Below, piece after piece: positions 9,518 to 17,693 of a DNA stretch of 29,270 nt (positions are counted from its first letter, which is position 1; each line of letters starts with the position of its first letter). The stretch is from a virus (taxonomy: Duplodnaviria; Caudoviricetes), in IMG/VR virus record IMGVR_UViG_3300030061_001980, positions 1-29,270 of that record; one strand, given 5' to 3'. Below the pieces are notes generated by a model. It saw only the letters and a program-made list of their open reading frames with translations. It did no database searches and was not told the origin of the DNA. Made by a program: the position numbers and the translations under genes.

Positions 9518-11034
9518 TTATGTATATTGGTTTTTAAAAATTTTAATAATGTTGGCTTATTATCTATCACATTATTCCATTCTTTTATATCATTATATCT
9601 TCTCTTATTTTCTGATAAAATTTCTCTTAATGGTAGGTTTGATTTTGTTAAATTTTTTAAAGTTTGCGAATAAAAATTCATACCTGTCATTATATAATGT
9701 TCACCATACCGGCTACTGAAATATTGATTATCATTTCCAACATCATAACGAACGGCCATGTCTTTATGTATTTTATCTGTTTTTGCAAATTGTAAATAAT
9801 TTTTGTTATATATATCTTTCCAATATTCAGTATCATTCCTTTTTGATAATGCATAATGTTCTGCAACAAAATCTGTGAAGTTATCAAAAAAATGTGTACA
9901 TTTTAAATTAAAACAATCTTTGTCATATTGTGTTATAGAATCATGTCTTTCAAATACATCTAATAAATTTAACAAAAATTCATGAACAGAAAGCAAACCA
10001 TTTGATTCCAAAGGTTCTATAAATCCTGCTGCTAATCCTATTGCACATACATTTTTATAAAATATCTTTTCAAAACGACCAACTCTCATACTTATATTTT
10101 TAAAAGAAGAGTTTGAATAATCATGTTTTTTGTAATCTAAATGTTTTTTAAATTGTTCTAAGGCTTCTTCGTCTGTTACATATTTATCAGAGTAAACATA
10201 ACCAGTACCTATTCTTTCCCAACTAGGAATATTCCATACCCATCCATTTTCTATAGCTGTGCAATTAGTAAAAGGTTCTAATTCTTTTTCTTTATTTTTA
10301 TAAGGTATTCTAGTTGCCCAAGCTTTGTTGTTGGGTAGTAAATCATTGTAACTTAAAAAGTTACCACCTATTTTATGCATAAGTAAAGATTTAAAACCAG
10401 TACAATCAAAATAAATATCAGCCTCAAAATCATCTAAAGATTCTATACCTTGGTTACTTACTTTTATATTTTTTACATCTTGAACAATATGTTTTACTCC
10501 TTTAGGTATACAATAATTATTTTTTAACCAAGTACCAAATTTTGTAGCATCAAAATGGTAAGCAGTATCTGTTTTAAAATCAAATCCAGGTAATTCATTA
10601 TTTTCATTTTTAAAAAGTTTATTACTGTTTACTAAAGGCATACTAGAACTTATAAAATTTGCATAATCACTGTTAGGTAAATCTTTATTAAAATACTTTT
10701 GAACATACCAATTTTGTTTCCCTAGACCTAAGTTGTTTTCATTTGGTGCACCAAAAGGATAATGAAATCCACCATCATTCAATTTGTAAAAATTTTCAAA
10801 ACGAATACTTAATTTATAACTAGCATCTGTATGAGGCATAAAATCTTCATCTTTAATTTCTAAAAATTCTAACCACCTATTTATGTATCCTAGTGTGCTC
10901 TCACCGACACCTACTGTTGGTGTATCTGGAGACTCAATTAAAAATATTTTTTTAGTAGGGAAAGTTTTAATTAAAGTTGCAGCAGTCATCCATCCTGCTG
11001 AACCACCACCTAATATTATTATATCAGCTTTCAT
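9514..11034 (-). CDS. Flavin-dependent halogenase (tryptophan halogenase/PrnA-like family)
   Basis: GGGSAG, GVGEST, ASYKLSIRF (catalytic Lys position), AYHFDA, FDCTG, GWVWNIP (WxWxIP) and FIEPLESNG. Confidence 0.9.
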   Translation of the reverse strand: MKADIIILGGGSAGWMTAATLIKTFPTKKIFLIESPDTPTVGVGESTLGYINRWLEFLEIKDEDFMPHTDASYKLSIRFENFYKLNDGGFHYPFGAPNENNLGLGKQNWYVQKYFNKDLPNSDYANFISSSMPLVNSNKLFKNENNELPGFDFKTDTAYHFDATKFGTWLKNNYCIPKGVKHIVQDVKNIKVSNQGIESLDDFEADIYFDCTGFKSLLMHKIGGNFLSYNDLLPNNKAWATRIPYKNKEKELEPFTNCTAIENGWVWNIPSWERIGTGYVYSDKYVTDEEALEQFKKHLDYKKHDYSNSSFKNISMRVGRFEKIFYKNVCAIGLAAGFIEPLESNGLLSVHEFLLNLLDVFERHDSITQYDKDCFNLKCTHFFDNFTDFVAEHYALSKRNDTEYWKDIYNKNYLQFAKTDKIHKDMAVRYDVGNDNQYFSSRYGEHYIMTGMNFYSQTLKNLTKSNLPLREILSENKRRYNDIKEWNNVIDNKPTLLKFLKTNIHK

Positions 11035-11076
11035 TTTGATTATTAGGACTTTAAAAATTGTCCAGATAATTAAACA

Positions 11077-11274
11077 TTATTTTTTTGTGTGTGCTCCTAA
11101 AGAAACTCTTGTAACTTTAATTTCAAGGTCTTGTCTAAAGTCATCCACAGTAGTATCAGTATTGGGATCAGCAACATCATTATCAAAATCAGTTTTGGTA
11201 TCATAAACTTTACCTGTTCTTTTATGTTTAATTATTTCTTTTGCTGTTGCAGGAATTTTTGGTAAATCACTCAT
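11077..11274 (-). CDS. Hypothetical protein (65 aa)
   Basis: Intact ORF with an upstream AGGAG RBS near 11281-11285. Confidence 0.75.
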   Translation of the reverse strand: MSDLPKIPATAKEIIKHKRTGKVYDTKTDFDNDVADPNTDTTVDDFRQDLEIKVTRVSLGAHTKK

Positions 11275-11286
11275 AGTTTTCTCCTC

Positions 11287-11424
11287 TTACTTTTGTCTAC
11301 GTCCTTGTCTATTGTATTTTTTATTATTTTGCAACTTTTTTTTCTTGTTAGGATTTTTACAGTGTCTTCGAGGCCTTTTCCTAGGTTTATCTCTTTGAAC
11401 AAAATCTTTAAATTTTTTAGCCAT
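11287..11424 (-). CDS. Highly basic 45-aa protein, not in the ORF track
   Basis: Translated by hand: MAKKFKDFVQRDKPRKRPRRHCKNPNKKKKLQNNKKYNRQGRRQK. It overlaps the upstream stop (ATGGCTAA) and fills the gap. Confidence 0.7.
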   Translation of the reverse strand: MAKKFKDFVQRDKPRKRPRRHCKNPNKKKKLQNNKKYNRQGRRQK

Positions 11425-11767
11425 TCTCCTGTGATCTATCTATTTGTGCATAACTTATTGCACCTTGTATTGTATTACTGCCTGTTGCTGCTTGCACTGT
11501 TATTGCATCTCCAGCTTCTAAATTTAAACCTTGAGGTGTAGCGTTAACTTGTGTTTTTGCAGCCACATCATCTCTAAAAAATTCGTACTCTGCACTTGAG
11601 TCGGACGAATCAACTAAATTCATGTTTACTAAAATAGCTGATGAAGCATCACTGTTAGAACAGTAAACGCTTTTTACAATACATGTTGCATCACTAGGGC
11701 AAGTAAACACTGTAGTCTTCCCTGTGGTAGCTTGTTTGAAACCTTGATTTTTATATCTAATTGTCAT
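11417..11767 (-). CDS. Small beta-rich structural protein
   Basis: 116 aa, with alternating beta-strand pattern and LNLEAGDAITVQA, located downstream of the stabilisation gene. Confidence 0.6.
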   Translation of the reverse strand: MTIRYKNQGFKQATTGKTTVFTCPSDATCIVKSVYCSNSDASSAILVNMNLVDSSDSSAEYEFFRDDVAAKTQVNATPQGLNLEAGDAITVQAATGSNTIQGAISYAQIDRSQENG

Positions 11768-11928
11768 GTTAAAAAGTAATTAAAAGCATCTTGTTCATTT
11801 TTAAGTTCTTGTTGATAAGAAGTATTTAACTTATCTTGCATCGTTCGTAAAGACTGTGCTATTTGTCTTTGATTTTCTTCAGTATAATTTCGTGTTGGTT
11901 CTGGTATTACTATATCTACTCTTGCCAT
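11764..11928 (-). CDS. 54-aa helical protein, not in the ORF track
   Basis: MARVDIVIPEPTRNYTEENQRQIAQSLRTMQDKLNTSYQQELKNEQDAFNYFLT, with TAATG and ATGA overlaps to both neighbours. Confidence 0.75.
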   Translation of the reverse strand: MARVDIVIPEPTRNYTEENQRQIAQSLRTMQDKLNTSYQQELKNEQDAFNYFLT

Positions 11929-14081
11929 TATCTCATACCATCTGGTTGTACATCTATTCTAAAAGTTCCAAAACGCCAATTTTCTTCGGTAGATGTATTT
12001 GCAATTTTTAAACTTGCAAATCTAGCTCTTGCTCTGGTGTCTACTTTTTGTGTTGATCCGGTGACCGTGAATGGTCCAAGTGGGGACGATGCTTCTGTAT
12101 CAGAGGGGAAATCTCTAAGTAAAATAGTTACTTGAGCATTACCTTGTATTGTTTTAAAATCTGGAACAAATCTTCTTAAACTCATAAATACTTGAGCATT
12201 ACCTTCTATATTAAGACCAAAATCTCCCGATTCTATAAAAGCAGGTATAGCAGTTTTAACTCCTGTACTACTTACTTCATCCACACCAATTTCATGTGCA
12301 AAGTATTTAGTTGCACCATTTATATTTGTAACTCCTTGTATAGTTGGAAAAGTTGGAGTTGCAGTTGAGTCAAATTCTGTAGCATAAGGATTATCATATA
12401 GATTTGCGTCCGCCCAAGTTGTTCTCGATAAAGAGCCAGTTACCCAAGTTCCATCTTGATAATTAAAACACACATACCTATCATTAAAATCAGAACCAGA
12501 TTTAGGATAGTACCAACATATTTCTTCGTATAAATGATTTAAACCTGCATATACAGATTCTCCACCTTGATAATTAATTCCTAAATTATTACCATTTTTA
12601 GTTGTAAAAACAAAATCTTCAACTTGGCACGGTAAAGATTTAACAGTACCATCAAAAACAAAAAACCCACCTGATTCTCCCATCCAATAAACAGCTCCAT
12701 TAACATATTTAATAGAGTGTTGACCTATAGCTCCACAATTAGAACCAACTTGTCTTATTGAAAAAGTGAATGGGGGACCAACAAATTGCATTACGTATGC
12801 TGAATTATCAGTAAGAATTAAAGTATAGTCTTTTCCTTTTACAGCTCCAACAATTTTAGTTCCAGAGTCAAGCCTAAAAGTACCAGCAGTGTTAACAGAT
12901 GTTGGAGTATAATCAGATATATTTTCTTGGTCTGAAAATCTTATAAACATTTTGTCTTGTGTTGTCTCATCACCTATAGTGGTTTCTGTACCTAACATTA
13001 CTAAATGTCTATCTCTATCTGAAACTAAGGACATTACTGATTTAGTTGGTGCATTTGAAATAACTACTGCTCTTGTGTTTAAAGCGTTTGGATTAGAATT
13101 AATAGGGTTCCATTCAAAAGATTTACCATTTTTAATAGTTGCAATTAATTTTTCTCCAAAATTATCTAATGACCATGATGCTGGATCTTGTTGTAGTGTT
13201 TGTGATAAGGAAGCTACACCCCAACCTGTAAATACCTCCACTCCAGCTCCACTAGAATGTGCAGACCTGGTGCCAGCTGCAGCTCTTGTAATTCCTGTTA
13301 GATCATTTGTAGATATACCAGTATAAGAAATAAACTCTGCTCCAACTTTTATTGTTCCGGTAGCAGGAAATCCTGTCGTTGATGCAAGAGTAATTGAAGT
13401 TCCTGATCCACCCGTTCCTGCGGTGTCATCTAACAAAGCTCCATTCAATGTGCTAAATACTTGTTGTCCTCCACCCCACAATCCAGTTCCCCAACCAAAA
13501 CCATAAGTAAAACCTAAAGCTCCTGGTTTTATGTATGGATTAACAACTGCAGATCCACTACCATTAACAGTAGTCCCTGCTGCACTAGCCATTGTAATTG
13601 TAAACTCGTCACTATTTGGAACAGTAACTACTTGAAAAGTATTTGTTGTAAAATTTGCCGCACTATATCCTGCTCCAGATGGAGGTGTTACGGATGTAAA
13701 TGTAAATAAGTCTCCAGGTTCTAAAGTATGTGCTGCTTTATTTACTGTTACTGTAGCCGAAGTGTTTACTGTATCAAAGGTACATCCTGTTAAAGCTGTG
13801 CCTAAAGGTGTAATATCGTAAAAAGCTTCTTCATAATAAATAGCTAATATTTTATTAGTGCCAATTGCACCATATCTTCTACCATCTAAATCTGCCCAAA
13901 TAAATTGTTCTCTAGCTGCACCTACTAATGTATTAGTTAAAATTTCTTCCCATCCACCTATTTTTTCTGGAAGACCATATCTAAATCTTACAAAATCTCC
14001 ATCAGTCCATTGTCCCTCAGCTCCTGTCTGAGAAACTTGCTTGTTAAAACCTGGGGCTATTTGTACTTTTGTTAGAGGCAT
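11928..14081 (-). CDS. Tail hub/packaged-DNA stabilisation protein (P22 gp10/T7 gp12-like)
   Basis: 717 aa beta-propeller-like pattern, with IRFSDQEN, SNCGAIG, VYWMG..GFFVFDG, and C-terminal KVDTRARAR...WRFG. Confidence 0.7.
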   Translation of the reverse strand: MPLTKVQIAPGFNKQVSQTGAEGQWTDGDFVRFRYGLPEKIGGWEEILTNTLVGAAREQFIWADLDGRRYGAIGTNKILAIYYEEAFYDITPLGTALTGCTFDTVNTSATVTVNKAAHTLEPGDLFTFTSVTPPSGAGYSAANFTTNTFQVVTVPNSDEFTITMASAAGTTVNGSGSAVVNPYIKPGALGFTYGFGWGTGLWGGGQQVFSTLNGALLDDTAGTGGSGTSITLASTTGFPATGTIKVGAEFISYTGISTNDLTGITRAAAGTRSAHSSGAGVEVFTGWGVASLSQTLQQDPASWSLDNFGEKLIATIKNGKSFEWNPINSNPNALNTRAVVISNAPTKSVMSLVSDRDRHLVMLGTETTIGDETTQDKMFIRFSDQENISDYTPTSVNTAGTFRLDSGTKIVGAVKGKDYTLILTDNSAYVMQFVGPPFTFSIRQVGSNCGAIGQHSIKYVNGAVYWMGESGGFFVFDGTVKSLPCQVEDFVFTTKNGNNLGINYQGGESVYAGLNHLYEEICWYYPKSGSDFNDRYVCFNYQDGTWVTGSLSRTTWADANLYDNPYATEFDSTATPTFPTIQGVTNINGATKYFAHEIGVDEVSSTGVKTAIPAFIESGDFGLNIEGNAQVFMSLRRFVPDFKTIQGNAQVTILLRDFPSDTEASSPLGPFTVTGSTQKVDTRARARFASLKIANTSTEENWRFGTFRIDVQPDGMR

Positions 14082-14086
14082 ACTGA

Positions 14087-14115
14087 ATTATACCTTATAT
14101 TACTTATTTTGTATA
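14087..14115 (-). promoter_or_regulatory. Sigma70-like promoter, probably leaderless
   Basis: TATAAT (14087-14092) is 5 nt before the ATG at 14081. TATACA lies 17 nt upstream and there is no SD. Confidence 0.55.
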
Positions 14116-14126
14116 GAATTGAGAGA

Positions 14127-14633
14127 TCAAATAAAAGTAAAAAGAGCCACTTTTCTTAAACCTAAATTTGGATAATAAAAAAAATGTGGATAATCTTTAA
14201 AGAAAAAACCTCTATATTTTTTAGGCTCTACTAGTTGTAACACAGTCTCGTGTGACTGATCAGTAACACCAGTGTCTCCAGAAGAATCATTTAAATATAT
14301 TAATAATTGATTATGTGTAAAAGGGTGGTCTGTGTGTATACCACATTTGTAGCTATCCTTAATTGGTGGAAAAACATTAATTGTGCATCTAAATATTTTT
14401 GAACAACTAATATTATGCTTTCTACAAAAAGTATATAATATGTGATAAAGGCCATCTTTTAATGGACTACCTTGATCTCCCCTTCTATCTAAAACAATAT
14501 GTTGAAAATGATTTGCATTATCGTTTTCTTTATCTGCAGATCTTACAAATTCAAATTTATATCTTCTCGATTCAAATATATGATCTAACCATTTCTTTTG
14601 GTCATCATGTAAAAAATTATCATCAATTATCAT
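14127..14633 (-). CDS. 2OG-Fe(II) oxygenase
   Basis: HTD...LIYLNDSSGDT...H...RKV gives HxD/H and the 2OG-binding Arg. Confidence 0.8.
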   Translation of the reverse strand: MIIDDNFLHDDQKKWLDHIFESRRYKFEFVRSADKENDNANHFQHIVLDRRGDQGSPLKDGLYHILYTFCRKHNISCSKIFRCTINVFPPIKDSYKCGIHTDHPFTHNQLLIYLNDSSGDTGVTDQSHETVLQLVEPKKYRGFFFKDYPHFFYYPNLGLRKVALFTFI

Positions 14634-15115
14634 TACATATACTTATCTGCAAAATATTCTATTTCAATATAGGCTTTGTATTTCTCATCAGTACAACTAT
14701 AATTTTGAATATCTAAATTAGAATGAATTGAAAACATTCTATTTTGCTCTGGGTAAACATCACCAACTTTAAATAAATTTATATGACCATTATTTTTATT
14801 TAAAAAATAATAACATTTTTCTGTAGAGTGAATTGCAAGAACATCTTCATTTTTTTTAATTAGTTCTATTTTTTTTTCTGTTCTAGGGACAACACAAATT
14901 TTAGCATTAATTATGGATCTATCTAAAAAATTTATAAGTGGCTTTATTGTATGTGCAAAAGTACTAGACATTTCTCTTTTATAAAATAACATATGATAAA
15001 AAATCAAACAATCTTGACTATCATCAATACTAAATGAAAAAATTGGATTTTTAATTAACTGTTCTAGTATTTTAAAACTATTATTGCTAATAGCATTATT
15101 TTGTAATTTTATCAT
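14633..15115 (-). CDS. Degenerate 2OG-Fe(II) oxygenase-like protein
   Basis: YFLNKNNG...YPEQNRMFSI...SCTDEKYK aligns by eye to its neighbours, but HxD and the distal His are absent. Confidence 0.55.
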   Translation of the reverse strand: MIKLQNNAISNNSFKILEQLIKNPIFSFSIDDSQDCLIFYHMLFYKREMSSTFAHTIKPLINFLDRSIINAKICVVPRTEKKIELIKKNEDVLAIHSTEKCYYFLNKNNGHINLFKVGDVYPEQNRMFSIHSNLDIQNYSCTDEKYKAYIEIEYFADKYM

Positions 15116-15326
15116 CTATTTTAACTTTGCCAGACATTGTTTTAAGATTTTTATCTTCTTCATTTAAACCTACATGCCACATAGCAATAATATTCATTAA
15201 GTTATTACTAAAATGTCTTAATCCAGTTGATGTAAGAATTAGTTTCTTGTTTTTTTTAATTATTTCTATTTCCTTATCCTCAAATACAATATCACATCCA
15301 CCATCATCTAATTGTTTAAAAATCAT
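15096..15326 (-). CDS. Hypothetical protein (76 aa)
   Basis: ORF with overlapping start and stop inside the oxygenase cassette. Confidence 0.65.
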   Translation of the reverse strand: MIFKQLDDGGCDIVFEDKEIEIIKKNKKLILTSTGLRHFSNNLMNIIAMWHVGLNEEDKNLKTMSGKVKIDDKITK

Positions 15327-15865
15327 TCTTTTATCATACCTAACATATTTCTTTGATCAAATTTAAAATTTGCATTTACACCATCTTGATCTACATAATG
15401 TAAAAATACTTGACTTTGAAAATCATCATTTAACATTTCTCTTTTGTGTTTTAAATCAATTCCATAATACATCACTGCATCTCCAGGCTCAGTAAAAATT
15501 TCAGTATCGTCTACAGTAATTGGCCATCTATTTGGTGCACCGTCTATATGAGCTGTAATACTTATTTCACATGAAGGTCTATCTGTATGTTCTGGTAAAA
15601 CTGCTCCATAAGTATACATTCTCCAATAAGAGTAAGTAGGATATAATTTTTTTCCAGATTCTTTTTCTACTAAGTTTTTTTTATTTAATAAAATTGATTC
15701 CATTAAAGGATCCGCATAATATCCTGGATCTCCATGAGGGTATAAATCATTTGAAGGTGGATCACAGGTGGGTATGGTATTCCTATGTCTATACTCACAA
15801 TATTTAGAAAATATTGCAAGTTCTGTTTCAGTAAAGAAATTTTTTATTTTTTTAAATTTTTTCAT
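15323..15865 (-). CDS. 2OG-Fe(II) oxygenase (PKHD-like)
   Basis: YWRMY..GAVLPEHTDRPSCEIS, PGDAVMYYG...HKRE, QVFLHY. The start was chosen at the ATGA overlap, with 15874 as alternative. Confidence 0.85.
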   Translation of the reverse strand: MKKFKKIKNFFTETELAIFSKYCEYRHRNTIPTCDPPSNDLYPHGDPGYYADPLMESILLNKKNLVEKESGKKLYPTYSYWRMYTYGAVLPEHTDRPSCEISITAHIDGAPNRWPITVDDTEIFTEPGDAVMYYGIDLKHKREMLNDDFQSQVFLHYVDQDGVNANFKFDQRNMLGMIKE

Positions 15866-16470
15866 TGTGCCCATGCTACTATTGAATATCTCTCTCCCTC
15901 TGTAACCGGATTTATAAAATGTGGATACATAAAATTTGAAGGAAAAATAATTAATGTATTTTCTGTGTCATTTATTTTTAAAAAAGATTTTGAATTATTT
16001 GGTAAAAAAAATTCAAGTTCACCACCCTTGTAGTCTTTGTTAATTAAAAAAACAAAACTTAAAGCTCTGTTAGATGCATGTCCGTGGTCTAAATGCCTTT
16101 CAAAATAAGATCCTTTATCATACCTTAGTAAATCAATTTGATTAATTTTTAAATGCACATGATCTATTGGTAAAACTGCATTTATATATTTACTCGCATA
16201 CAAATTAAAATAACTTATAATTCGATTTGTAATTCTTACATTTGTCATACTATCAGTTTCAAAAGAATTCATAAATTCTGATTTACTAGTTCTTGAATCA
16301 TCAACCTTGTTATCAGCACTTCTGTCTACCTTATATACTGTTGATTTATTAATTTTTGCAAAAGAAGGTTTGTCTTTTGCATATTTTTTTATTTTATTGA
16401 AGGTTGGTTTATCCAACACATTTTTATATATTCTAATATAATCTGAAACGTAATGACCTTCTAATTCCAT
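15862..16470 (-). CDS. Prolyl-4-hydroxylase/PKHD-type 2OG-Fe(II) oxygenase
   Basis: LLRY..G.YFERHLD, R.LS, YKGGEL.F, IFPSNFMYPHFINPVTEGERYSIVAW. ATG at 16470 is preferred over TTG at 16485. Confidence 0.9.
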   Translation of the reverse strand: MELEGHYVSDYIRIYKNVLDKPTFNKIKKYAKDKPSFAKINKSTVYKVDRSADNKVDDSRTSKSEFMNSFETDSMTNVRITNRIISYFNLYASKYINAVLPIDHVHLKINQIDLLRYDKGSYFERHLDHGHASNRALSFVFLINKDYKGGELEFFLPNNSKSFLKINDTENTLIIFPSNFMYPHFINPVTEGERYSIVAWAQ

Positions 16471-17177
16471 GATCTTTTTTTCCAAACTTTGTCTTTATAA
16501 AATTTGAAATAATGTAAAAAAAATTTTAAATCAAAAGACTTTTTATGTTTATTTTCTTTTGTTTCCATAACCCAATTATCTCTTTTAAATGGAATAACTT
16601 GTGCATAGGGAGTACCTTTTAACAATGTGGTATTTAGTACTGGATATTTATCTCCATTAAAAACTATAGGAAAATTAATTTCACCTTCATAAGTATCTGT
16701 TTCTACTATGCCAGAAATTATAGAAAATCTATCATCAGTATTATTTAAAGGTGACACAAATAAACAAGAATATCCAGGAGGTGTTTTTATAACCCAAGGA
16801 TTCATTATTTTATGTACACCAAAATTTAAATTTTTATTTAATAGTGGAGAACCTTTTACTTGATCAACACCATGAGGCCATTGTCCAGATTTATTTAAAT
16901 TTAAACCTTCGTCATGATTTTCAGTTCTTATGTTACTAAATCTTTTTCCCTCATTATCTATAACATTGTGCTCAACATATAAATCTTTAGGTATTTTTAA
17001 CACGTATCCTGTAGTTAAAGCTTCTAAAAAGGGCATACATTTTTTTACAGTATTTGCTTTATCAGAGTTGTCTAATGTTTTAAACCATTTTGGAATGTTT
17101 ATTTTAATAGGTTGAGGGTAATCTTCTTTGAGCAAAAGATATTCTTTTGGGCAACTAAATTCTATTTTTTTGACCAT
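16461..17177 (-). CDS. Conserved phage protein with dUTPase-like motifs
   Basis: KCMPFLEA..TGY, PWVIKTPPGYS, SGIVETDTYEGEINFP and KGTPYAQVIP. Confidence 0.55.
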   Translation of the reverse strand: MVKKIEFSCPKEYLLLKEDYPQPIKINIPKWFKTLDNSDKANTVKKCMPFLEALTTGYVLKIPKDLYVEHNVIDNEGKRFSNIRTENHDEGLNLNKSGQWPHGVDQVKGSPLLNKNLNFGVHKIMNPWVIKTPPGYSCLFVSPLNNTDDRFSIISGIVETDTYEGEINFPIVFNGDKYPVLNTTLLKGTPYAQVIPFKRDNWVMETKENKHKKSFDLKFFLHYFKFYKDKVWKKRSWN

Positions 17178-17217
17178 AGTAAATCTATAGATGATTTACA
17201 TTTATAAGTAAATAAAT

Positions 17218-17682
17218 TTATTTTGTAGGTAATTCTAATAAATTTTTATAAGTAATAGAATTGTTTTGACAGTATTCTTCCCAACATAAACCTAACGGCC
17301 AAGTAACTGAATTTACATCAAAATTATTAAGATAATTTTTGTAATCAGTCCATTCTGAAGCTTTTGCATGATCTGCATTAAGTTCAAGCCATGAAGCTAT
17401 ATTAGTAGATAAGTCATTCATATAAGCTACTATGTTTTCTTGTGTTCCTCTTTCCTCTACTGGAATAACAGGATCAACATGTGTAAAAGTAAAATTAGTT
17501 CCATCATAAGATGTAATTGTGCTATTGAAAGATTTTACTTTTATAAAATCTTCTGAGCTAACTTCTATTATACTAACATTTGGTTGATCAGTATAATATT
17601 GTTGATCTGAACTATTTTCTACAATAGAGATTAAACTTGAAGAGTTTATTGGTTGTAAAGAGTCAAAATAAAAATAAGCCAT
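17218..17682 (-). CDS. Putative tail-fibre assembly chaperone
   Basis: Acidic 154-aa protein immediately after the fibre gene. C-terminal WTDYKNYL...VTWP resembles Tfa-type W..YR..L...WP. Confidence 0.5.
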   Translation of the reverse strand: MAYFYFDSLQPINSSSLISIVENSSDQQYYTDQPNVSIIEVSSEDFIKVKSFNSTITSYDGTNFTFTHVDPVIPVEERGTQENIVAYMNDLSTNIASWLELNADHAKASEWTDYKNYLNNFDVNSVTWPLGLCWEEYCQNNSITYKNLLELPTK

Positions 17683-17693
17683 AATTAATTTCC

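Noticed and set aside
11046-11063. ggac...gtcc inverted repeat or promoter upstream of the halogenase
   Set aside because: The stem is only 4 bp and the -35/-10 spacing is wrong.
17178-17217. Possible promoter before the oxygenase cassette (TTTACT-17-TATAGA)
   Set aside because: The -10 lacks the conserved final T, which is too weak in AT-rich DNA.
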